From assembly GCA_034722055.1 (NCBI GenBank), contig JAYENL010000173.1, positions 2,532 through 66,531 on the forward strand: a DNA stretch of 64,000 nucleotides, read 5' to 3'. Positions 57,611 through 64,000 of the stretch are shown here, one piece after another. Position numbers and translations under genes: made by a program. Numbering within the stretch: position 1 is the stretch's first letter; each line of letters opens with the position of its first letter. This DNA comes from Armatimonadota bacterium. Lineage in GTDB: Bacteria; Armatimonadota; Zipacnadia; Zipacnadales; UBA5352. The notes under the pieces were generated by a model. It was given only the letters and a program-made list of their open reading frames with translations, was not told the DNA's origin and searched no databases.

Positions 57611-58408
57611 GTGTCTATCGTGGAGAATCAGACTTTCGTCACGTGGGCCTCACAGATCCAGATCCTCATGGAGGGACAGTTGGAGCGTCAGGTGACGCAG
57701 GCGCTGGAGGAGCTCATCTCCGAGGAGCGCTGGGACCTGCTCAGCCACCTGATGCTCACCGGCTCGGAGTTCTCGGTCCGGCGCATCGCCGACTCCCTTA
57801 TCGAGCGCGAGGTCTTCGAGCCGCTCGTAGCGGGAGCCTGTCTGCGACGGGAGGTGCGCCGCTCGCTGCCCAGCGGGCCGGCGGACCTCGGCGCGGACCG
57901 CATCTTCCGCGACTTCGAGGCCCCGGAGGACGGCGAGGCCGGCGTGCCGGACCACATCATGGAGGAGGCCGAGGCCATCTCCAAGCACGCCCAGCAGACT
58001 CGGCGCATCGCGGCTCAGCGCGAGGCCCAACTCGACCGCGATCCCATGCGCACTTACATCGTGGACCGCCTCGGCGAGCTGCTCAACACCTCCGAGGAGG
58101 CCATGGAGGCCATGCTCGCCATCGCCCGCACCTCGGCGTTTGAGGAGACCGCTCGCATGGCGGCTATGAAGTTAGGCAGCAGCAAGATCGTCATGGGGCG
58201 CATCAGTCGCGCCGGGCGCGTCGTTGACATGCTGGCCGTGGCGGAGGCCGCCGGCTCACAGGCCGTGGAGACCATGATCGCGCGCACGCTCGCTGAGTCG
58301 ATGCCGGAGTCCTCCGATCCGTCGTACCGTCCAGCCCTTCAGTTCGTCGCCGAGCATCATCCCCAGGAGGCCACCCGTCAGGCCGCCCGCCAGGCCCTGA
58401 GCGGGTGA
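57611..58408 (+). CDS. Hypothetical alpha-helical protein, 265 aa.
   Basis: GTG start 9 nt after the upstream stop, with SD GCGAGG. No recognisable family. Confidence 0.45.
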   Translation: MSIVENQTFVTWASQIQILMEGQLERQVTQALEELISEERWDLLSHLMLTGSEFSVRRIADSLIEREVFEPLVAGACLRREVRRSLPSGPADLGADRIFRDFEAPEDGEAGVPDHIMEEAEAISKHAQQTRRIAAQREAQLDRDPMRTYIVDRLGELLNTSEEAMEAMLAIARTSAFEETARMAAMKLGSSKIVMGRISRAGRVVDMLAVAEAAGSQAVETMIARTLAESMPESSDPSYRPALQFVAEHHPQEATRQAARQALSG

Positions 58409-58503
58409 GGGACGGTCGGATACGTGACCGTCACGCGTCGCGGCCGGACGCCGCGTCCGACCCGCGCGCGTGACTCACACTCGGAGAGAGGTCGCACAGC
58501 ACC

Positions 58504-59586
58504 GTGGACTACCGCAGCAGGTGGCAGGAGAAGCGCCGCCTCAGGGCCACGCGCACGCGGCTGATCGCCATCGCGGCAATGCTGGTCGCGGCCGCGGCCT
58601 TCGCAGCGTCGTGGCGCAGCCTCGTCCGGCCGGCCCCGTCCGGCTACGCCCTTCCCAGCGCCGACGTCTGCTGGCTCGCCGCCGGCGAGGACTTCATACT
58701 CGTGTGCGCCCGATCGGGGCGGCTGGCCCGCCTCGGCCCCGGACTGTCGGAGGATGAGGCCACCTGGCCATGGCACTTCACCCACCCGGCGGGCTTCTGG
58801 GGCGCTCCGGCGCTGCTGTCGGGTCTGGCCTACATCGGCTGCGAGGACGTCCGCCTGCGTGCCGTGGATGTGTCCACGGGCCTGCAGGCCTGGGAGTACG
58901 AGGCCGCCGCGTCGGTGCCCGGCGCCACCGCCGCCGGCGACAGCGTGTACTTCGGCGATGACGCCGGGATGCTCTACGCCATCAGCGCCTCCGGCGAGCT
59001 GCGGTGGCGGGTGGAGCTGGGCGCGGCCGTGGCCGCCGCGCCGCTGGTCACCGACGAGGCGGTGGTCGTGGGGACGCTCGAGGGCCAAGTGCACTGCCTC
59101 GACACAGCGGACGGGAGCCCCCTGTGGACGGTGGAGGCGGACGGCCCCGTCTACTGCTCCCCGACCATGGGCCCCAGCAGCATCCTGCTGGGGGACGACT
59201 CCGGCGCCGTGCACAGCATCACCCGCGAGGGCCAGCGGCTGGCGTCGCTGCAGCTTGAGGGCCTCGTCCGGGCGCCTGTCGCCGTGCACGAGGCCGTGGT
59301 GGTCGCCGGGGACACCTCCGGGACGCTGGTGCGCATCAACCCCAGCGAGATGACCCGCCTGTGGACGGCGCAACTGTCCGGCCCCATCGCCGTGGAGCCG
59401 GTGATCCTGGGAGACGCCATCTGGTGCGGCGCCGGCAGCAGCCTGGTGGAGGTCAGCGCGGAGCAGGGGCGCATCATCTCTCGACACGTGGCTGAGGCGC
59501 AGACATGCGACCTCATCGCGGCCCACGGGCTCCTCTACTGGGCCACCACCGACGGACGCATCATGGCCGTGCAGCCGGAGCAGTGA
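58504..59586 (+). CDS. PQQ-like beta-propeller repeat protein (BamB-like fold) with an N-terminal membrane anchor.
   Basis: Repeated PQQ/WD-like units are present (GDSVYFGDDAGMLYAI, DGSPLWTVEADGPVYCSPT). Confidence 0.7.
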   Translation: MDYRSRWQEKRRLRATRTRLIAIAAMLVAAAAFAASWRSLVRPAPSGYALPSADVCWLAAGEDFILVCARSGRLARLGPGLSEDEATWPWHFTHPAGFWGAPALLSGLAYIGCEDVRLRAVDVSTGLQAWEYEAAASVPGATAAGDSVYFGDDAGMLYAISASGELRWRVELGAAVAAAPLVTDEAVVVGTLEGQVHCLDTADGSPLWTVEADGPVYCSPTMGPSSILLGDDSGAVHSITREGQRLASLQLEGLVRAPVAVHEAVVVAGDTSGTLVRINPSEMTRLWTAQLSGPIAVEPVILGDAIWCGAGSSLVEVSAEQGRIISRHVAEAQTCDLIAAHGLLYWATTDGRIMAVQPEQ

Positions 59587-59620
59587 CGCCGCGGCAACGA
59601 AACGAGGGCTGGGAGGGCTG

Positions 59621-60952
59621 ATGTCGCAGCAGCACGAGAGCTCGCTGGTCAAGCGCAACTTCACCCTCGGCGTCATCAACGGCTCCTTCTGGCTGCTGGC
59701 GAGGGCCCTGGTGGACCAGGACATCATCCTCCCCGCCTTCGCAGTGGCCCTCATGGGCGACAACCCCCTCTACGTGGGCCTGCTGGTCTCGCTGGTCAGC
59801 GCCGGGTGGTTCTGGCCTCCCCTGGTGATGACGCCGGTGATGGCGACGCGCCAGCGCCGGCACAGATACTACAAGATCTCCGCGGTCATCCGCCTGATCG
59901 CCATCGTGGGAGCGGGGTTGGTGGCGAAGCTGCTGGCCGGCGACAGCCCCGCGGTGGCGTTCGTCGCCATCGCTCTCTGCTACCTGGTCTTCACCTCCGG
60001 CGGCGGCATCGGCCTGATCCCTTTCCTGAGCGTCATCACCGACTCCGTGGCTTCCGAGCGGCGCGCCAGGTTCTTCGCCATGCGCTTCTTCTTCGGCGGC
60101 CTGATGGCCTTCGCCGCCGGCTTCTGGGTGAAGTGGCTGCTCAGCGAGCGCAGCGGACTGGGCTTCCCCGACAACTACGCCTACCTCTTCGGCGTGGCGG
60201 CGCTGGTCACCGGCATCTCTCTGTCCGCCTTCTGGTTCGCACACGAGCCCCGGCACAAGGTGGAGAGGCGCCGGCTGCCGTTCGTCGTCCAGCTCAGGCG
60301 CGGCCTCCGGCGCATCCGGCGGGAGCCCAGCTTCCGGCGCTTCATCGGCGCTCGCGTCCTCATGGCTGCCTCCTACGGCCTGGCAGTGCCCTTCCTGGTC
60401 CCCTACGCCTACCGCAGCATGGGCATGACCGAGGCCATGGTGGGCATCGCCCTGGCCGCGAGAGTGCTCTGCTACAGCATGCTGAACCTGCTGTGGAGCC
60501 GCGTCAGCGCCCGGTACGGCAACCGCCATCTGATGATCGTCTGCGGGTGGCTGCACGCCGGCGCACTGGCCCTGGCGCTGACCACGCCGCTGCTGCCAGA
60601 CATCACGGTGGGCGAGGCGGTGGGCCTGCGCTTCACGCTGCCTCTGGCGGTGCTGATGGGCGTCTTCGGCCTCTTCGGGGCATCGCGCAGCGGCTGGATC
60701 ACGGGTCAGAACGCCTACCTGCTGGACTTCACTCCGGAGCGGACCCGCCCTGTCTATCTCGCCACCTACTACCTCGCGGCAATGCCCATGGCGTTCATGC
60801 CCCTGGTGGCGGGCCTGATGATCGGCACCGGGGGCCGATACCTCCTGGCCTTCGGCATCTCCGCCGGGGCGGTGCTGCTGGAAATCGCGCTCACATACCG
60901 GATGATACGTCTGCGCGGGGAGGACGTCGAGGCGGCGGGGCCGGCATCATGA
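59621..60952 (+). CDS. MFS-family transporter (12 TM).
   Basis: SD GGGAGGG. The protein has twelve hydrophobic helices and is 443 aa. Confidence 0.8.
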   Translation: MSQQHESSLVKRNFTLGVINGSFWLLARALVDQDIILPAFAVALMGDNPLYVGLLVSLVSAGWFWPPLVMTPVMATRQRRHRYYKISAVIRLIAIVGAGLVAKLLAGDSPAVAFVAIALCYLVFTSGGGIGLIPFLSVITDSVASERRARFFAMRFFFGGLMAFAAGFWVKWLLSERSGLGFPDNYAYLFGVAALVTGISLSAFWFAHEPRHKVERRRLPFVVQLRRGLRRIRREPSFRRFIGARVLMAASYGLAVPFLVPYAYRSMGMTEAMVGIALAARVLCYSMLNLLWSRVSARYGNRHLMIVCGWLHAGALALALTTPLLPDITVGEAVGLRFTLPLAVLMGVFGLFGASRSGWITGQNAYLLDFTPERTRPVYLATYYLAAMPMAFMPLVAGLMIGTGGRYLLAFGISAGAVLLEIALTYRMIRLRGEDVEAAGPAS

Positions 60953-60974
60953 GCTGCAGGCGGGGCGTGAGAAA

Positions 60975-61006
60975 AAGAAAACCGCCCGCCGACTGGCGAC
61001 GGGCGG
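60975..61006 (+). terminator. GC-rich hairpin after the MFS gene, a possible terminator.
   Basis: The stem ACCGCCCGCC/GGCGACGGGCGGT lies after AAAAAGAAA. No downstream U-tract is present. Confidence 0.3.
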
Positions 61007-61026
61007 TGGCTCGCACAGCAAGGGTG

Positions 61027-61095
61027 CGTCTGAAGGATGATGGTGCCCTGCGGCGAGCATTCACTCTGATTGAGCTGCTGTGTATCCGTTAACGT
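61027..61095 (+). pseudogene. Truncated prepilin-type leader remnant (VRLKDDGALRRAFTLIELLCIR*).
   Basis: The class-III signal peptide motif FTLIELL (N-methylation/cleavage motif) is followed by an immediate stop after only 9 mature residues. It lies in a local low-GC stretch. Confidence 0.35.
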
Positions 61096-61143
61096 AATCT
61101 ACCCTCAGACGTTCCCGATTCATCGTTAAACTTCCGTGACGTG

Positions 61144-63987
61144 TCAGGGCTCGATGTGCAGCAGGTCCTCGTCATCGAGATCCCCGTCGCCCTCCACCCA
61201 CTCCCGCACGATCTCCAGCACCTCGTCGGGGCTGAGCGTGCGCCCCGAGAGCTGCCGCCGCAGCTCCCCGAGGCTGCGGGGCTTGAGCCGCTGCCCCGAC
61301 AGCGCCCGCTGCACATGCGTCAACACGTCATCCCCCAGCAGCGGCATCAGCCCCCGAGCGCCCACGTCGTCGGGCAGTCGCAGCAGCTCCGCCAGCTTGC
61401 GCACCGTCTCGCCGCGATGCGGCAGCGTGCGGATGTACTCCGCCAGCGCCCGCTGGTTGGCCGACGAGGCGAGCGCCTGCACGTGCTCCTGGATGCCCTG
61501 GCGGGCCAGGTCCTGCAGGTCCTCGGCCGGCCGCAGGTTCAGCTCCTCGCCCAGCCGCAGCCCGCACGAGGAGCAGACGGGCTGGCGCTCCAGCGCCTGC
61601 GAGAGGTCCATCTCCCTGCAGCGCTTCGCCAGCTCTCGCTCGATCTGCTCGTTCACCTCGCCCAGGTCATGCTCCACCGGCAGGTCCAGGCGGTCGAAGG
61701 CCGCCAGCACCCGCATCTCAGGCGACGCCCGCAGGCCGTTGTAGGGCTCGAACTCCGACTGCCGGTACGCGGAGTTGTGCCAGGCCGCGTAGCGCCGCTT
61801 GTAGCGGGCGAAGAACACCTGCGTGAGGCGCACGAAGGTCTGCTCCTCGCCCACCGCGCCCTCGCCTGAGCGGATCATCTCCAGCAGCCGGTGGCGGAGG
61901 TCCTGCAGATCGGAGCCCCTGGGCAGCCACAGGTCCTGGCTGGTGAGGTACTCCTGCAGCGAGACCAGCCGCGGCCCCACGCCCTCAAGGAAGTCCTCCA
62001 GCAGCTCAACCACCCGCAGCAGGTCGCGCAGCTTGCTGACCCCGTTGGTGGTCTCCAGGTAGGGCTCAGCTCCGTCCAGCAGCTTGGAGAGGCCCTCTGC
62101 GGGATAGGCGTCGGGATCGACGAGCCGGAAGAAGCGCTCCACGTGGCTGAGGGCCGCCAGCGACTCCCGCCACGCCGCCTGGGGCTGCCCCAGGCGCTCC
62201 CGGAGCTCCTCGATGCCCTCGCGCAGCGTCTCCACCCGCTCGATCCATCGCCCGCGGGCGCCGATGAGCCCCTCCCACACAGCCGCCTGAGCGGCGTGGT
62301 CGGGATTGGCCACCGCCCGGTCGAAGACGATCCTGCACACCCGCGAGAGGATCTGCCATTGCTCGTAGGCCAGCAGCGCCGGGCGCGCCACCGTCTGCAG
62401 GTGGCGCGCCACCGGCGTGGCGATCCGCGAGAGCTGCACCGGCTCGCCGTCCTCGTCCAGGGCCATGAGGTAGCCGCGGCGGATCAGCGCCGCGATCAGC
62501 AGCTCGAAGAGCCCCGGCGGCAGGCCCAGCTCGGACTTGACCAGGTGCTCGGCCAGGTCGGCACAGGCCAGTGGCCGCCCCCGCCGGGTCTCTGGCGTCT
62601 GGTCGCGAGCGCGGATGCGCTGCATCACCTCATCGGCGGCGGCGCTCTCGGAGATGTCGAGCAGGTAGCCGTCATCCTCCCGGCTCGCCACACTCAGCGG
62701 GATCATGACGGCCTCGATGAGCCGCGCCAGCCGGGAGTCGGCCTCCGGTCGCGCGAAGCCGGGGCGGACGAACTCGTCCACGAGCAGGTCGATCTGCTCC
62801 CGCTCGGTGAGGAGCTGCCGTGGGGCGATCTCGTGGAACTCGGGGAAGACTCGGTCGAGGGCCCAGTCGGCCGCCGCGTCCAGAGCGGTGGCCCAGTTGC
62901 CGTCCATCGCCGACAGCTCCGTTGAGGAGACGGCCTCCGCGAAGGGCGCGTAGATCGCCCCACCATAGTACGCTGCCCGCACGATCTCCCGCACCTGCGC
63001 GCCCAGCCGGGCCTCTTCCTCCTCCAGCCGCTGAGCCAGGCCCTTCTCGTGCTCGAAGCTGTCCCGCTGCGACAGCAGCAGCCGGCAGGCGGCGCAGTCG
63101 CGAAGCGCGTCCAGCTCCCGCTCCTGCAGCGGCCGGGGGATCCAGCACAGCACCGCGGCCGACCACCGGCCCGCGATGGTGTCGGCGCTGATCTCCCGCC
63201 ACCTGGTGCGCTGGGCCTCCGGGGACAGCAGGTCGGCGACGTAGAGGTGGGCGCTGGCCATGGTGCCGGGGTCGGTCAGCTCCTGCACGCGGCGGTCGAT
63301 CTCCAGCTCGTCGAGGCGCTGCACGCTCTCCAGCGATGCCGAGAGCGCGCGGGGGGTGTTGCGCCAGCGCACCTCCAGCAGCGCCTCCTCCGCCAGCTCC
63401 GCCAGCGGCATGCTGGGGCCGCAGTGAGCCACAGCGGCCTGCATCAGCCGGGGGTCGTCGCGGCGGATGCTCTCCCGCGCCAGGGACAGCCGCTCCCGGA
63501 GCGCGTCGCCCAGCGGAGTGTGCACCTCCGCGTAGTAGACGTCCTCGTCCTCCTCGCGCCCGCGCCGGACCTCCACGAAGCGGCCGTGCAGCCTGGCCGC
63601 CTCCAGCGCCCCCCGCAGCTCCTCGGCGCCCGCGAGCGCCCGGCCCGACGAGTCCAGCCCCATGAGCGCCGGCAGCTCGCCCCTCCCCGGCCACTCGTTG
63701 GCCAGCCGCAGCGCGATCAGAGTTCGGATGACCCGCCGCAGCAGCTCCGGGTTGGTGGGGTGCACCTCCGCGGCGTGGGCCTCGTAGTACTCCAGCGCCT
63801 GAGTGAGGTAGGGGCTCGCGTCGGGGCTGGAGCGAAGCTGCGGTAGCAGCAGCTCCAGGACCTCGGCCACGGCCAGCGGCTGCAGGTGCGTGCGCTCCTC
63901 CAGCAGACCGGTCTCCCGCGCCCGCCGGACCACGGTCAGCACCCCGTCGGCGCGGCCCAGCACCCGCCCGGCCATCTCCTCAGCCAC
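61144..63987 (-). CDS. C-terminal >=947 aa of a large, mostly alpha-helical protein of unknown function. The N-terminus probably lies beyond the window end.
   Basis: The frame is open to the window edge. No P-loop is present in the visible part. A single CxxC (PVCSSCG) is present. The block FFARYKRRYAAWHNSAYRQ is conserved-looking. Confidence 0.5.
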   Translation of the reverse strand: MAEEMAGRVLGRADGVLTVVRRARETGLLEERTHLQPLAVAEVLELLLPQLRSSPDASPYLTQALEYYEAHAAEVHPTNPELLRRVIRTLIALRLANEWPGRGELPALMGLDSSGRALAGAEELRGALEAARLHGRFVEVRRGREEDEDVYYAEVHTPLGDALRERLSLARESIRRDDPRLMQAAVAHCGPSMPLAELAEEALLEVRWRNTPRALSASLESVQRLDELEIDRRVQELTDPGTMASAHLYVADLLSPEAQRTRWREISADTIAGRWSAAVLCWIPRPLQERELDALRDCAACRLLLSQRDSFEHEKGLAQRLEEEEARLGAQVREIVRAAYYGGAIYAPFAEAVSSTELSAMDGNWATALDAAADWALDRVFPEFHEIAPRQLLTEREQIDLLVDEFVRPGFARPEADSRLARLIEAVMIPLSVASREDDGYLLDISESAAADEVMQRIRARDQTPETRRGRPLACADLAEHLVKSELGLPPGLFELLIAALIRRGYLMALDEDGEPVQLSRIATPVARHLQTVARPALLAYEQWQILSRVCRIVFDRAVANPDHAAQAAVWEGLIGARGRWIERVETLREGIEELRERLGQPQAAWRESLAALSHVERFFRLVDPDAYPAEGLSKLLDGAEPYLETTNGVSKLRDLLRVVELLEDFLEGVGPRLVSLQEYLTSQDLWLPRGSDLQDLRHRLLEMIRSGEGAVGEEQTFVRLTQVFFARYKRRYAAWHNSAYRQSEFEPYNGLRASPEMRVLAAFDRLDLPVEHDLGEVNEQIERELAKRCREMDLSQALERQPVCSSCGLRLGEELNLRPAEDLQDLARQGIQEHVQALASSANQRALAEYIRTLPHRGETVRKLAELLRLPDDVGARGLMPLLGDDVLTHVQRALSGQRLKPRSLGELRRQLSGRTLSPDEVLEIVREWVEGDGDLDDEDLLHIEP

Positions 63988-64000
63988 CTCAGCCGCGCTC

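Noticed and set aside
53945-61140. The possibility that the DNA downstream of ssrA is an integrated island using the tmRNA 3' end as attB.
   Set aside because: No integrase or recombinase gene was seen, and I found no direct repeat of the ssrA 3' end (GGTTCAATTCCCGCCGCCTCCACCA). The gene content (Rrf2, MFS, PQQ-propeller) looks chromosomal.
1-64000. CRISPR arrays, rRNA/tRNA genes (other than tmRNA), transposases or integrases.
   Set aside because: No regularly spaced direct repeats, no tRNA-like cloverleaf candidates noticed, and no transposase or integrase motifs among the credible ORFs.

Overview
This window is ~70% GC bacterial chromosome, standard genetic code (TGA, TAA and TAG stops all seen), densely coding on both strands. 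The clearest landmarks are listed below.

- A tmRNA gene (ssrA, 53597-53945) with a near-consensus sigma70-type promoter and an intrinsic terminator.
- A cell-wall signalling/elongation operon on the minus strand: fhaA, fhaB, rodA, pbpA, a PASTA Ser/Thr kinase (pknB), then a discoidin-domain gene. No PP2C phosphatase gene is present.
- Two blocks of secreted carbohydrate-active genes (5-16926 and 28655-42959), with heparinase II/III-like lyases, DUF4838-like and DUF4091-like proteins, and LamG, CBM and ThuA/GATase1-like modules.
- A scattered corrinoid-methyltransferase gene set. An MttB-superfamily methyltransferase with no in-frame amber sits at 18845-20344. A Zn-type MtaA/CmuA-like (URO-D family) methyltransferase carrying a C-terminal thioredoxin-like domain is translationally coupled (ATGA overlap) to a CobW/COG0523 metallochaperone at 26143-28439. 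An Rrf2 regulator is divergent from a DUF1638-ASKHA(hydantoinase-like) fusion at 54036-57602. No corrinoid-binding protein gene is visible in the window.
- A 1193-aa protein combining a DUF2330-like domain, a polytopic membrane region, a GspG-pseudopilin-like domain and a beta-propeller.
- An FkbM methyltransferase and a C45 acyltransferase pair.
- A DUF4091-like glycosidase gene disrupted by a frameshift inside a G9 homopolymer.
- At the right edge, a local GC dip containing a truncated prepilin-leader remnant, followed by the C-terminal 947 codons of a large uncharacterised helical protein that runs off the window.

Most of the long ORFs that overlap or lie antisense to these genes in the six-frame track are GC-driven artefacts. 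Coordinates refined by reading the sequence may be off by +/-1 nt.
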